Part shown: piece after piece, positions 1-10,367 of the stretch
Numbering within the stretch: the stretch's first letter is position 1
How the letters are laid out: each line of letters starts with the position of its first letter
Virus record (IMG/VR): IMGVR_UViG_3300037075_000004
Location: 20,146-84,145 of that record
Length of the DNA stretch: 64,000 bases
Strand: one strand, 5' to 3'
From: a virus
Lineage: Duplodnaviria; Caudoviricetes
Notes under the pieces: generated by a model
Database searches by the model: none
What the model saw: only the letters and a program-made list of their open reading frames with translations
What the model was told of the DNA's origin: nothing
Made by a program: the position numbers and the translations under genes

Positions 1-173
1 ATCCCATCAATCAGTTTAGGATAGCCTACTCTTTTAAGTGTTATCGTACCTTCGGGGTACATTTGGCGGAGTTCGCGAATACCTTTATCGTATTCCTCCG
101 CATAGACACACATCGGGTGGTTTGGGTTACCCAATGCGGTCATGTCTAGTTTCTGATAGTCGATTAACAACAT
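1..173 (-). CDS. 5' part of a hypothetical protein downstream of the capsid gene (runs off the window start)
   Basis: ATG at 173 opens MLLIDYQKLDMTALGNPNHPMCVYAEEYDKGIRELRQ..., with no stop to the window edge; A-rich leader and a TATCTTTG box at 198-205 (minus). Not in the ORF track. Confidence 0.7.
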   Translation of the reverse strand, partial: MLLIDYQKLDMTALGNPNHPMCVYAEEYDKGIRELRQMYPEGTITLKRVGYPKLIDG

Positions 174-219
174 TTCTGTTTCTGTTTTTGTTTGGTACAA
201 AGATACAGATAAAAAAAAT

Positions 220-237
220 ACCCTCATTTCTGAGGGT
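220..237 (-). terminator. intrinsic terminator
   Basis: Minus strand ACCCTCA-GAAA-TGAGGGT followed by a T run (plus 211-218 A run). Confidence 0.7.
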
Positions 238-325
238 TCATAGAATCATCCCAAACCTGGTAAATATTCTCTCGTTTAAAAATAATAAGATCGCCGTAAT
301 TATAATCTGGCATTCTACCCATCAT
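224..325 (-). CDS. 33-aa small ORF in its own promoter/terminator unit
   Basis: MMGRMPDYNYGDLIIFKRENIYQVWDDSMNPQK; TATCTTTG at 348-355 upstream; stop lies inside the terminator hairpin. Confidence 0.4.
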   Translation of the reverse strand: MMGRMPDYNYGDLIIFKRENIYQVWDDSMNPQK

Positions 326-384
326 AATATTTCCTACCTATCCTACACAAAGATAGAAACAATAATTGACATTTCAAAATAAAA

Positions 385-410
385 AAGAGGGAATCTTGCG
401 TATCCCTCTT
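385..410 (-). terminator. intrinsic terminator after the capsid gene
   Basis: AAGAGGGA (385-392) / TCCCTCTT (403-410) stem followed by a T run on minus, about 20 nt after the stop at 432. Confidence 0.75.
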
Positions 411-431
411 AAAATATTCAGAAATTAATTT

Positions 432-1901
432 CTATAACACATCGTCATTCTGAACCAATATCATCTGATTCCTTTTGAGAACGATGAGCATAAATTCGCT
501 CAACATCGTTCCTCTCACGTCATCAAACGTGTCCACAGAAATGTCCCCTCCGCCTGCACCAACATTTGCAACGCCTGGTATGACCTTGTTGATACGGGTA
601 CGGTTCTCTCCGTTGTAGTTCTTGTAGCCCAAAGCTAGGTTCTTCATCTTGAAGGTAGCAGCATCTTCGATATCGCCACGGATGGTCACTTCCACATCGG
701 GAACGATGAAGCCGAGACCTGTGAAGAAATCGTCGAAAGCTGTTGCACCGTAAGCTGTCGGGTCGCTAAGAGAGGGCAGTTCTTTTATTGTGGTGTAGAC
801 TCCGTTCTTGTTTATAGTACGGAAGGCTACATTAAGTTCTGTCCATTCTTTCATTAGGCGGGTTCCGCCTGCGAACTCTTTCAGGAAGTCAAGCCCTGCG
901 TTCTCGATCTGTTTGTACAGTTCACTACCGCAGAAGAAGGTAACATTCCTGTTGGCTATACCCTGAGATATAAGCAGAGGTTTGAGGTCATCGAAATCAG
1001 TATATCCATAGGCGGATGTGTAGTACTGTTTCATACCACCATCTACTAGGTGCTGAAGAAGACCCACCGTACCTGTAGGTGCGATGCTGTTGCTATCCCT
1101 GTCACTCTGGTTGAGTGCTGTAGCGGTAAGTGACTGTCCGATGAACAGTTCATCATTGATGTACTTACTCAGTAGGAAATCAGCTTCCATGGATGCCTTG
1201 GTGAAGATACCTGTTCCACCGCCACGCAGTTTCTCATAGTATCTCTCGTTGGACTGCTGACTACCGGTCATTGCCCAGTCGGCTTTCTTTGTTGAGGTAT
1301 AGAAATACCTTGTATAGAAGCCTGCTGATTTGGGTTTACCACTCTGGACGCCGTTGGGATAGTTACCTCCGGTTACCATCAGCTTAGTGGCTGTGGGGAT
1401 GGTCACATTAATCCTGTCAAGGATGTTTTTACCATAGAGAGTGTAGCTCTTTAGCACACCATCGGCAGCATCAACAGCCTGTACCTGCCATTCCGAAGGC
1501 ATTGTAGCCTTAACACCAGCATTAGTTATATACTTGGCGGGAACGACAACGATGTCATTTATTGACAGGTATGCGTTATCGGTTGTCCCACCAAACTCAG
1601 CGGCTGCCAAGTGAAGTGTCCATGCGGCACCTGCGGCTACTGCGCCAGAGGCACCAAAGGTCTCAACTGTCTTGACGAATGATCCTTCTTCAAACAATTT
1701 CTTTTGCGGGCCTGCAATCGGTACTATTGATCCGGTCATGTACAGGAACTCCAAGAGTCCTATCCCCGGGCCATACCTCTTCACGATCTCCCCCCATATC
1801 TGGGGTACTTGCATGTCTGTATCGTACAGCGATGCCCATACACTATTATACCCTGTATTTAGGGTGTTGCTTGTTACAGCGGGTTTACTTAAAGTCGACA
1901 T
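432..1901 (-). CDS. major capsid protein (putative)
   Basis: 489 aa; last gene of a terminase-portal-scaffold series and followed by a terminator; size and position match crAss-like head modules. Called from context, not from alignment. Confidence 0.75.
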   Translation of the reverse strand: MSTLSKPAVTSNTLNTGYNSVWASLYDTDMQVPQIWGEIVKRYGPGIGLLEFLYMTGSIVPIAGPQKKLFEEGSFVKTVETFGASGAVAAGAAWTLHLAAAEFGGTTDNAYLSINDIVVVPAKYITNAGVKATMPSEWQVQAVDAADGVLKSYTLYGKNILDRINVTIPTATKLMVTGGNYPNGVQSGKPKSAGFYTRYFYTSTKKADWAMTGSQQSNERYYEKLRGGGTGIFTKASMEADFLLSKYINDELFIGQSLTATALNQSDRDSNSIAPTGTVGLLQHLVDGGMKQYYTSAYGYTDFDDLKPLLISQGIANRNVTFFCGSELYKQIENAGLDFLKEFAGGTRLMKEWTELNVAFRTINKNGVYTTIKELPSLSDPTAYGATAFDDFFTGLGFIVPDVEVTIRGDIEDAATFKMKNLALGYKNYNGENRTRINKVIPGVANVGAGGGDISVDTFDDVRGTMLSEFMLIVLKRNQMILVQNDDVL

Positions 1902-1925
1902 TTTAAATTAAAAATAAGCGTTAGT

Positions 1926-3086
1926 TTATATTTCTCCATTTGCTAACGCTGCACTCAGGCTCTTGCCGGGAAGTTTCGGCTCGAGATCGTTGTCATCAGT
2001 GGCTGTGGTCGTATTGGGTTGTACGTCATTATGTAATTCTGCGTCTACTTTCTTTTGTACGGATGTCTGACCATGTTTTACTGCTATCTCCCATATCTTT
2101 GGCAGGTTTTCGTAAACCATGAAGGCGTTCCGCAGGTCTATTGCCGACTGTAGATTCTCCTCTGTCGGCTCCATCCCCGCATCTATAAAAGTAGCCTGAA
2201 ACATATCTCCAAGTTTTGACTTATAGTCTGAAGGAACATCGTAATCTCCTAACTCTGGTATTCTTTCGTCTTTAAATTTATCAAACTGCGAGAACTTAGC
2301 TTTAAGAGGTTCAGTCGCCTGTATCCTCTTTTGCAGGTCTTCCGCTTCCTTCGCTTGGCGTTCCTCGGCTGTCACCGTCTTCGGTAACTCGATTCCGCTT
2401 GTAAGGGATTTGATATTTGCTCTTGCACCTTTTGCATCTATGGCTATCTTGGTCTTGGCGATACTCGACCATTCTTCAGGTTTAGTCTCGGGATCAATAC
2501 CATATTTGTCCAAGAGGGCAACACGGATATCCGACTCGGCAAGAGTGGGTAAATCCATTTTCTGCTCCTTGATAAGTACATCCAAGTCCCCCATCTTACT
2601 CAAGTCCGACATTGCAATCTCCTGCAACACGAACGGGTCTTTATCGGGATACTTGTCAAGCAACTGCTGTGCGACATACGCACTACGCACCAGAGGTTTA
2701 GATAAAAATTCTGAGTTGCCAGCGTTTTTTATTTCCTCAATCTGTTGTTTGTAGGCTTCAATCTCCTTGGCATATGACTCTGCCTGTTTGACTTTAGGTT
2801 CATACTCAGCTATCTTTTGCTGAAGACCCAAGACATTCTTGACATCATCATCGCCTTTAAACGAAGTATTGAAGCGTTTATTGAAATCTTCAAAGAACTT
2901 ATCCGGTTGTGGTTCGCTAACTTTAGCGGGCTGTGCCGGTTCAGCCGGTGGTGTTACTACTGTGGGTTCCGTCACGGGTGCCTGTGCACTTGGCTCGGGT
3001 GCTGGTTCCACACTATTGGGTGTACTATCCACTCTTTGTTCGGGTGGTGTAGTAAACCGTTTTAAACCATCATCATTTCCTAACAT
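1926..3086 (-). CDS. capsid scaffolding-like protein
   Basis: 386 aa; Pro/Glu-rich disordered N-terminus (PAPEPSAQAPVTEP), acidic helical/coiled-coil body; directly upstream of the capsid gene. Confidence 0.6.
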   Translation of the reverse strand: MLGNDDGLKRFTTPPEQRVDSTPNSVEPAPEPSAQAPVTEPTVVTPPAEPAQPAKVSEPQPDKFFEDFNKRFNTSFKGDDDVKNVLGLQQKIAEYEPKVKQAESYAKEIEAYKQQIEEIKNAGNSEFLSKPLVRSAYVAQQLLDKYPDKDPFVLQEIAMSDLSKMGDLDVLIKEQKMDLPTLAESDIRVALLDKYGIDPETKPEEWSSIAKTKIAIDAKGARANIKSLTSGIELPKTVTAEERQAKEAEDLQKRIQATEPLKAKFSQFDKFKDERIPELGDYDVPSDYKSKLGDMFQATFIDAGMEPTEENLQSAIDLRNAFMVYENLPKIWEIAVKHGQTSVQKKVDAELHNDVQPNTTTATDDNDLEPKLPGKSLSAALANGEI

Positions 3087-3122
3087 ATGTTTCTGTTTCT
3101 TGTTTAGGGTACAAAGTTAACA

Positions 3123-3398
3123 CTATTTTTTATCTTGTTTTTGTCGCCTCTTTTCCCGAAGCACAAGGATGACGTTGCCGAGGGAGGCTCCAACAGCCGC
3201 AAAAAGTAAGTAATAGAAGTTGTGCGTATATTCGATCACCCCGACACCCGCACCCATCTGCAAGAGGAACGTCAGTATCGTTGTTGTTGCTATCTGTAGT
3301 CTGTTTAACGCTATGATGAACCATGAACTTAGAAAATCAAGTAATCCGAAACCTAATAAAATCAAAACTGCTATGCCAATGTGAAAGTTACTTTCCAT
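3123..3398 (-). CDS. small multi-pass membrane protein
   Basis: 91 aa, about three hydrophobic segments, basic C-terminus (REKRRQKQDKK). Confidence 0.65.
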   Translation of the reverse strand: MESNFHIGIAVLILLGFGLLDFLSSWFIIALNRLQIATTTILTFLLQMGAGVGVIEYTHNFYYLLFAAVGASLGNVILVLREKRRQKQDKK

Positions 3399-3420
3399 GG
3401 GCGGAGATATTAGTGAATAA

Positions 3421-3732
3421 TTATGGCGTTGTCATCGCACCCTGCCCTTCAGTATTAGAATTTGCGTTATTTGGTGTATTTAATGCGTTTTGCGCCCCCA
3501 ATGGCTCTTGCGGGGTATTACCTGCCGGAGAAGAGATCGTGCCTCCTGCGGCATTATTTGGCGTCACAGGGGGTGTGTTTTGCATATTCTGTATGCTCTG
3601 CACGCTCTCGAAGGCATGATAATTGGCTTTTGCCTGTGCAAACTTACCTATTAACTGCGGATCATCGAGTCCCATTGGGGAACTTGCGATGATATTTTGG
3701 AATATCTTGAGTTCGTCTGCTGCTGATAACAT
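3421..3732 (-). CDS. hypothetical protein (head module)
   Basis: 103 aa abutting the portal stop; N/P/T-rich tail. Confidence 0.65.
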   Translation of the reverse strand: MLSAADELKIFQNIIASSPMGLDDPQLIGKFAQAKANYHAFESVQSIQNMQNTPPVTPNNAAGGTISSPAGNTPQEPLGAQNALNTPNNANSNTEGQGAMTTP

Positions 3733-3734
3733 AT

Positions 3735-6104
3735 CTATGTGTTTGCTGGTTGTAACCCCTTTTCGGCATCTGCCGCCTGCTGTAGTTGTTTTAAGAATTG
3801 GTAATTATATTCTTTGGTGAGTAGTTGATCCTTACCCACCTGTCTCATCTGTTCTATAGCGGCCTTACCTTTATTCATGTTAGTATCGACGGCCATCTGA
3901 CCTTGCTGCTTGGACTGTTCTGCCTGTGCGTTAGCCTGTGCCTGCTGTTGTATAACTGCTGCCTGCTGTTGCTGTGCCTCCTGCTTATTCTTACTGATGA
4001 TATATCTCATCTGCTGTACCAATTCATACATATCCTCGCCCCTGTCGAGTGCAGTCTCGAAGAACATAGCATCTGGTAGGTCTATACCTGGTCTCTGCTC
4101 TCTCACATTCTGTAGTGCTATGCTTATCCATTCGAGGAACTTGGCCTTTTGTCTCTGATCGGGTTTGGCTTTTAGTGAGATACCATACTGTACACCCTCA
4201 TCTTCCATGGTGAGCATGGCATCCATGTCTGCCGGTGAAATGATCCCACCATAGGCTTCTCTCTGCCTGTCACTATTCCGTAGTCCAATCTGTATCCTAC
4301 GCATAAGACTTGTAGAGACACTCTGTTTTATCTCGAAGATAGCATCTAAGATAGGTTTAAGGACATTAGTTGTAACTTGCATGGCTATATCCTGATTACC
4401 TTTTGTGGGGTCTCCCGCAGGCGTGGCTATGCTGAGAAGATTTATGCCGGTCAGCTTCTCAAGTAGTGTGAACTGCATCTGCATGGCCTCCATGGTCTCC
4501 TGCACCCTCGCACCGAGTCCCCCGTCAAGAGGCGTCACCGGTGTGGCTGCCCCGCCAGAGTACATACCCGAGGGTGTATTAGCATAAGAATAGAGTAGTG
4601 TACCTGTCTGCCTGTACATCTTTAGTACCTCTGCCGGTTTAAGTTTCTGCCCGCCAAAGGTCACCTGTGCCAGCATAGAAGTGTTTATTGCCACTCCCCT
4701 CTCTATCATCATAGCGAGTGAGTTCTGCCATCTGAGGAATAGTTGAGAAATCTGATCTAAGATAGGTATAGCCCTTTTCATAATAGAAGGCTGAAGTAAC
4801 TGTTCTACATGGAAAGAGAGTTGTGGTTTGGATAGTCCTTCGCGGGATGCCATGGGCACAACACCATAATCAAAGACATAATCGGTATTGAGCACCCAGA
4901 AACACCTGCGGATGACCCTCTTATAGATCATCTTGACTTCCTGGCTCGCTCCGGCCTTCTTAGCTTCTTCGGTCAAGTCTCTTATCGGTGAGTCATATCG
5001 CAAATCTATGATACTGTCACGCCCTCTAAAGCTCCTATAATAAAGTTTCTTCTGTACATCTGTATCTATCCATTCTGTCTCAAAGATTGGTACTTTAAAC
5101 CCATCATATCTATAAGTACCTGTTGTAGGGTCTATTTCGGAATAGAAGTTCTGCCACCTGTCCCTTGGGTTACCGTATAGTGTGTAACAGGCTTTGGCGA
5201 GCGACTGCCACTGCGACTCAGGCACGAGAGGTAACTTATCCCGAAGGTTAGATATAGTCCAGTAACAGAAATATCCCACATATTCCGAATCACCATAGTC
5301 ATATTCATTGGAGAACTGCATGACGAGCCGTGCAGGGTCTACATACTTAACTTTCCATTTGTTATCTTCGGTATCGAAATAATCCCGAACCGCCCCATAG
5401 TTCAAAACTACTAAATCATCTACTACTTTCTTTCTTACTGTTCCATCCCAATCACTTATGTTCATAGAATGTCTCGTAAGTTTCTGCATGGCCTTTGCTA
5501 TGGCGAGCTTAAACCCATCCTGTGCCTCGAACATAGCCAATTCCTCTGGTGACTTGGGAAGTATCACATCCTCATCAACGGGTATTCCTGCGTTTCTTTT
5601 ATACTCGACCTGCCAGTCAGCATTCTTCGCCTCGCAGAGCTTTACATATTTTTGCTGCTCTTTTAGTTCCTGAGAATTAGAGTCTATGGTGTCACAGTAG
5701 ATGTCGTAGTCCAACTTATCGAACATGCCATGGATGGCATTCATGATAGCGGGCGCGGGTGAGACATTTTGCCACATAATATTCATCCATCCCTCCCTCT
5801 TGACCACTCGACCTACGGGCGTATCGTCGAAGACGGTAAAGTTAGTCTCTGCTCCGTCACTCAATCCATCGTTAAGAAGCCAACTTTTATACTGATTCAC
5901 ATCATTTTCCCCTCTACTATAATCTCGTACTATAGCAAAGTCCCTATAACCAGTTATGCCCCATGAAGTTTTATTGCGTAAAAATAAGGAATATATGGCT
6001 TGAGCATTTTTTCTATGGTAGACATCCCCCTTGAGGGCTGGATCAATATCACGCTGGGGGAATCCCCACTCCGAATTTGAATACTCTATAAGTACGGGAA
6101 TCAA
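3735..6104 (-). CDS. portal protein (putative)
   Basis: 789 aa between TerL and scaffold/capsid genes; Gln/Ala-rich coiled-coil C-terminus typical of P22-/crAss-like portals; TTG start. Confidence 0.75.
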   Translation of the reverse strand: MIPVLIEYSNSEWGFPQRDIDPALKGDVYHRKNAQAIYSLFLRNKTSWGITGYRDFAIVRDYSRGENDVNQYKSWLLNDGLSDGAETNFTVFDDTPVGRVVKREGWMNIMWQNVSPAPAIMNAIHGMFDKLDYDIYCDTIDSNSQELKEQQKYVKLCEAKNADWQVEYKRNAGIPVDEDVILPKSPEELAMFEAQDGFKLAIAKAMQKLTRHSMNISDWDGTVRKKVVDDLVVLNYGAVRDYFDTEDNKWKVKYVDPARLVMQFSNEYDYGDSEYVGYFCYWTISNLRDKLPLVPESQWQSLAKACYTLYGNPRDRWQNFYSEIDPTTGTYRYDGFKVPIFETEWIDTDVQKKLYYRSFRGRDSIIDLRYDSPIRDLTEEAKKAGASQEVKMIYKRVIRRCFWVLNTDYVFDYGVVPMASREGLSKPQLSFHVEQLLQPSIMKRAIPILDQISQLFLRWQNSLAMMIERGVAINTSMLAQVTFGGQKLKPAEVLKMYRQTGTLLYSYANTPSGMYSGGAATPVTPLDGGLGARVQETMEAMQMQFTLLEKLTGINLLSIATPAGDPTKGNQDIAMQVTTNVLKPILDAIFEIKQSVSTSLMRRIQIGLRNSDRQREAYGGIISPADMDAMLTMEDEGVQYGISLKAKPDQRQKAKFLEWISIALQNVREQRPGIDLPDAMFFETALDRGEDMYELVQQMRYIISKNKQEAQQQQAAVIQQQAQANAQAEQSKQQGQMAVDTNMNKGKAAIEQMRQVGKDQLLTKEYNYQFLKQLQQAADAEKGLQPANT

Positions 6105-6154
6105 TGTGGTAAACTTTTAAATTTATCACAAAGATACAGACTTTTATCTAAACT

Positions 6155-6928
6155 CTATTTGCCCCATCTAGCGATTCGGGCGTTTTGAATATGTTCAGGT
6201 GTTTGCTTTTTACCGGTCATGGCGTTACTTATTTTTGAACACTCTTCTTTGGGTCTATGTCTACCGGTCTTTTTCTCGCTTGCCGATTTTAAGGATGGAT
6301 GTGTATTTTTAGTAAATCCCTTAGACCATGGAATCCTTCCTTTTAATGCGTCACTTCTACGTCTACGTGTCTCTTCTGATTCGGGAATCCCATTAGCCCG
6401 TCTTGCTTTTTGTGCAATACTTAACGCCATTCTATGTTCTGCCGACTTTGGCTTACCTCTATTGCCCTTGCTGATTTTATTTTTAGTTTCTTGTGATAAA
6501 TGCTTACCAAGCATATTTTTATTCCCCATTGATCCCTTGCGTAATTTTTCTATCTTTTCCTCACTCGGATGCCCAAATTTCATCCCAAGGGGACTTCCCG
6601 GGGTAGGGAATATATTGAAATATGGTTTGTTAGTATCCCTATATTTATTAGCATCAATATAAAATTGTTCTCTGCCCAATAAATGTTTCTTAGACACAAA
6701 ATCTATTACTTCTACAATGGATATGACAAAATCATCCCATCCATATTTATCGAAATGTCTTTGTAATATTATATTGTCATGTCTGTGTCTTTCTAAATCT
6801 CTTTTGTGGGCACTCAATCTCTTGTGCCAATTATTTGTACTTCCAATATAAAGTCTATCGGGATGTACTTTTGATTCAAATTTATAAACACAACAAATTT
6901 TCATATTATTATGTATTATATATTCCAC
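6155..6928 (-). CDS. GIY-YIG homing endonuclease with NUMOD3 repeats
   Basis: CVYKF...LYIGST...KRLSAH...REQFYID, then repeated SxETKxKIS-type NUMOD3 motifs. Confidence 0.9.
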   Translation of the reverse strand: MEYIIHNNMKICCVYKFESKVHPDRLYIGSTNNWHKRLSAHKRDLERHRHDNIILQRHFDKYGWDDFVISIVEVIDFVSKKHLLGREQFYIDANKYRDTNKPYFNIFPTPGSPLGMKFGHPSEEKIEKLRKGSMGNKNMLGKHLSQETKNKISKGNRGKPKSAEHRMALSIAQKARRANGIPESEETRRRRSDALKGRIPWSKGFTKNTHPSLKSASEKKTGRHRPKEECSKISNAMTGKKQTPEHIQNARIARWGK

Positions 6929-6952
6929 AGATTTTAAGCACTTTAGCGGGAG

Positions 6953-7171
6953 TTAAAATGAGATATTCCCATATTCGCCGAGATGCCATTTCAATTTCCC
7001 ATCCAATTCCTTTATCTCCTTAGAATCACGCCTCTTAATAAACTCCTGTAAAAATTTTATAACATCTTCTGCACTAAACTGCCTTGTGGGGATATTACCA
7101 CATAAATAAAGTTCAATCCGTGCCTTGGGTTGATCTTTAATTGTTTTTATTCCAAAAATTGAAGTTGCCAT
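6953..7171 (-). CDS. hypothetical protein
   Basis: 72-aa ORF with a TACATTTG box upstream (about 7189-7196). Confidence 0.5.
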   Translation of the reverse strand: MATSIFGIKTIKDQPKARIELYLCGNIPTRQFSAEDVIKFLQEFIKRRDSKEIKELDGKLKWHLGEYGNISF

Positions 7172-7232
7172 ACTTTTTTATTTTCCCCAAATGTATGTTA
7201 TATTTGGGACATTTCCAAATATTTTCAGATAA

Positions 7233-9845
7233 TTATTTTTTCTCTCTTCCCTCTCTAGAATGGCGATCTATGTTAAGTATTTTTTGGATTTCTCGCGGTA
7301 CATATCCGCTTCCATCTAGGTCTATACTATTATCATTATTATTACCTCCAAAAAAGTCTCGATATCTGGACTTGCTCCCCAATAATGCGAATCCAAAGGC
7401 TGTTTTCAAATCTAAGTGGGTGAAACTTTCAACTCCCCTAAAAAGTTTGATTTCGTTTAGTAAGTCATCATGGTTCTCTACGTGACCTCTTAATTCAATA
7501 TAATCCTTATATTCCCTTATTAATTCCTGATGTGTTTCTTGTCCTGTCCACTTACCCGGGAGTTTCTTTGGTCTCCCATCTAAACCCAACTCATATAAGA
7601 AATATCCAGCATAACCTCGTTTAAATACATGAGATATGAACGCCTCTACGTTCCATTCAGGGAACATCATCGCACCAAAATACTGACATGCCATTATCAC
7701 ATCTTCAAAATATTCATCCTGCGTAGCGGGACGATAACTATAACTCAATATACATTTAAAACTATCCCATTCTTTTTTGGCCTTGCCGTGATCTATGGAA
7801 TCATCATATTCCCAAAGTATTGCTATACCTCCATTACTTTGGCGGGAATTAGACAAACTAAATCCTCTTTTGCTGTTAATTTTTGCCTCGGCCTCTCGCA
7901 TATTCCTGAAGGCATCTATACCACAAGTAAACCTCTGCCCGTTTATCGGGCGCCAAGATTTTACTATTCTCTGCCCTTGCCCATCCCAAACATCTATCAA
8001 TTCCCTCCGATTAGTCATTGCTTGTGGGATATCCATAGATAATCTGAACTTAGGCATATCGGGGTTGGTCTCCCACTTAACTTCTCCATCGGGATAACTA
8101 TCACGATAAAAGAATCCTACTTTATAAGGTGGTTTACCTAAAGACTTTAGGCGGTTTACCTCTCCAAGACGCTTGTCCACAATCTCAAGATTATATCCTA
8201 CATTCCCCGATGACCCGAGCCAACACTCCGCCCAAGAGAACGGACTCTTACGCCTTATACTGCGATATGTCTCAAGAGACTGTGGCGTGTTCTCAGCAAG
8301 TAGTGCGTCCCTCTCCTCCTGTAGCATCTGTCTCGCACCTTTCTTAGCAACTGCGAAGATGGCGTAGGGTGATAATTTTATCTGTCTCTCCGTGGGTGCC
8401 TCGATGACTGACTTGCCAAACCTGTCTATGAATCCCTCCATTCTCAGGTATGCCGGTATGAATATCCTTGCGAACCCCGAAACAGTCTGACCCTTGATGG
8501 GTACCCGCCTATAGAAATCACTCATCATACACATACGATAGTAAGGTGCCGAGTCGGACTCCATCTCCTCTACCGTGGACGGGTTCTTCACATATGCTCC
8601 TTTCAAAATGTTTATCCCCATACCCGTTGACATGGTGAATTTATTGACATTCCATCTCTCGAAGATGTTGATATTCAGATTACTGGATTTCCCCTGCTCG
8701 TCATTAAGCAGACCATTCAATCTATCGCCTTCATTCTTGAATAGTCCCCCTGAATCTGAGAATGTGATAGAGCTACCAAGTCCTCCCTGTACATAGACAT
8801 TCGGCGGCACATCAAGCCTCAGAACAGTTGGGCGCCTGTTGCCCTCCCACATTGGTTTAAGGCACATAGGCAGGGTATCGAAGGCCGGGAGTAGTTTCTT
8901 TTTGTAATGTATTTCTGCGTTATTGCCCTCGAAGGATATTATGGTGCTAAAGAATGAATAGTTTGTAGTAGAACCTTTAAGAATCTTATGTAATGCCTCA
9001 TGCGTTGCGCCGGTTCTACGGGTCTTTGGCTCGACATCACCGAAGAATAGTCGCCTGCCAAGGTCTATTATCTCGTACCCACCGTCTTTCTTTATTGCTC
9101 TGCCCGTTTCCTGATCTATGTCTTTAAATGTCTCAGTACAGTTCTCTAGGTACCATGCGAAGCAAAACTTTCGGCGGACATCATCTCTGTACTCGGGATA
9201 TGTCTCAGCTTCGGCAATATAGTAGAAGTTCAGAAAATCGAAGTAATCAGGGGGCAGAAATGTAGGTTCGCCATCGTTATAGAACCAGTACCCGTAAGTC
9301 CTGCACCACCATACCTTCTGTAACCATTTTATCTCCTCTTGCAGGTTTTCTTTTTCCTGTTCAAATATCTCCCAGAATTTAAGATAGAACTTGTAACCCT
9401 GTATGGTGTCCTGCCTGTTACGTTTCTCTATCTCATAGAGGTCATTTAAGGCTTTCTTTTCTATCTTTTTGAAGTTCTCCGGTACTTCGAGCCGTCTAAA
9501 GTACTGCTCATCCTCGGATAGTCCGTAGTTATCTATTTTCTTTAGATTCTTTGGCGGGGAGGGCATAGAGAAATATATTGGCGTCAAATCTTGGTCATTT
9601 TCATTAATTAATTCCCAGAGTCTCGTACCATCTTCCCTAAACTGGTACTCGGTGGGTTGCTCATCATTAATAAACTTGGGTAACTCCGGCTTATATCCCG
9701 CCTCATATGGGCTGAAACCCCATATATCCTCTTCGGCAATAAGGCTTACTATGTTCTCTGGCTTGAGTTGAAATTTCTTTTCTTCTTCCTGATATTCTTG
9801 CGATGACTCGAATGAAAGTTTGCCTTTCGTTTTTTTACGACCCAT
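7233..9845 (-). CDS. terL: terminase large subunit
   Basis: 870 aa; KTRRTGAT Walker-A-like motif, LLNDEQGK Walker B, nuclease region (CGID...SNGG...Y..RP...EDVIMACQYFG...EWN, DLKTAFG). Confidence 0.85.
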   Translation of the reverse strand: MGRKKTKGKLSFESSQEYQEEEKKFQLKPENIVSLIAEEDIWGFSPYEAGYKPELPKFINDEQPTEYQFREDGTRLWELINENDQDLTPIYFSMPSPPKNLKKIDNYGLSEDEQYFRRLEVPENFKKIEKKALNDLYEIEKRNRQDTIQGYKFYLKFWEIFEQEKENLQEEIKWLQKVWWCRTYGYWFYNDGEPTFLPPDYFDFLNFYYIAEAETYPEYRDDVRRKFCFAWYLENCTETFKDIDQETGRAIKKDGGYEIIDLGRRLFFGDVEPKTRRTGATHEALHKILKGSTTNYSFFSTIISFEGNNAEIHYKKKLLPAFDTLPMCLKPMWEGNRRPTVLRLDVPPNVYVQGGLGSSITFSDSGGLFKNEGDRLNGLLNDEQGKSSNLNINIFERWNVNKFTMSTGMGINILKGAYVKNPSTVEEMESDSAPYYRMCMMSDFYRRVPIKGQTVSGFARIFIPAYLRMEGFIDRFGKSVIEAPTERQIKLSPYAIFAVAKKGARQMLQEERDALLAENTPQSLETYRSIRRKSPFSWAECWLGSSGNVGYNLEIVDKRLGEVNRLKSLGKPPYKVGFFYRDSYPDGEVKWETNPDMPKFRLSMDIPQAMTNRRELIDVWDGQGQRIVKSWRPINGQRFTCGIDAFRNMREAEAKINSKRGFSLSNSRQSNGGIAILWEYDDSIDHGKAKKEWDSFKCILSYSYRPATQDEYFEDVIMACQYFGAMMFPEWNVEAFISHVFKRGYAGYFLYELGLDGRPKKLPGKWTGQETHQELIREYKDYIELRGHVENHDDLLNEIKLFRGVESFTHLDLKTAFGFALLGSKSRYRDFFGGNNNDNSIDLDGSGYVPREIQKILNIDRHSREGREKK

Positions 9846-9906
9846 GTTTCTGTGCTTGTTTGCACAAAGATAAGAAAAAAGAAGAAGTAGTCGTGATTAA
9901 TAATTA

Positions 9907-10251
9907 TTATTCTTGTTGATTTGTGGGTAACTCATATTGACAGAAGAAACTATCAACTGTTTTACCGCTAGCGTCTGTTATATAACAATCTGCCTTAGGC
10001 AAAATAAACAAGGTGTTTTTAAGTTCAAAATCTCCTGCAAGAATCAAAACATCGGAAACAACAAATAACTGCTGACTTGATGTTTCTAACATCTGTCCAA
10101 TACATCTTGCGTTTGGCGTATTCTTCTGTACCTTAGAGGCGATGTAATGATCGCTACTAAAATACTCTTTGTGTGTAATTGAATCGCCTGAAAAAAGATG
10201 AGTCCTGACTTGACCATCTAGGTCTGTTGTGATTACTTTAAGTGTTAACAT
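9907..10251 (-). CDS. hypothetical protein
   Basis: 114-aa ORF with promoter box at 10298-10305. Confidence 0.65.
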   Translation of the reverse strand: MLTLKVITTDLDGQVRTHLFSGDSITHKEYFSSDHYIASKVQKNTPNARCIGQMLETSSQQLFVVSDVLILAGDFELKNTLFILPKADCYITDASGKTVDSFFCQYELPTNQQE

Positions 10252-10318
10252 TTCTAATTCCTCCTAATTCTTCTTTTATAACTACTTCTTCTGAATACAA
10301 AGATAATAATAATAAAAA

Positions 10319-10340
10319 GACCCGCCACTTTGGGCGGGTC
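10319..10340 (-). terminator. intrinsic terminator
   Basis: GACCCGCC / GGCGGGTC stem followed by TTTTTATT on minus. Confidence 0.8.
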
Positions 10341-10367
10341 GAGCATGGGTTATTATCCCATCGGAAG

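Noticed and set aside
38-382. Plus-strand 114-aa ORF and the many antisense ORFs over the minus-strand block
   Set aside because: They lie opposite well-supported genes, promoters and terminators, and show no recognisable motifs.
6155-6928. Group I intron around the GIY-YIG gene
   Set aside because: terL and portal appear complete on either side, and the flanks are too short for an intron core.
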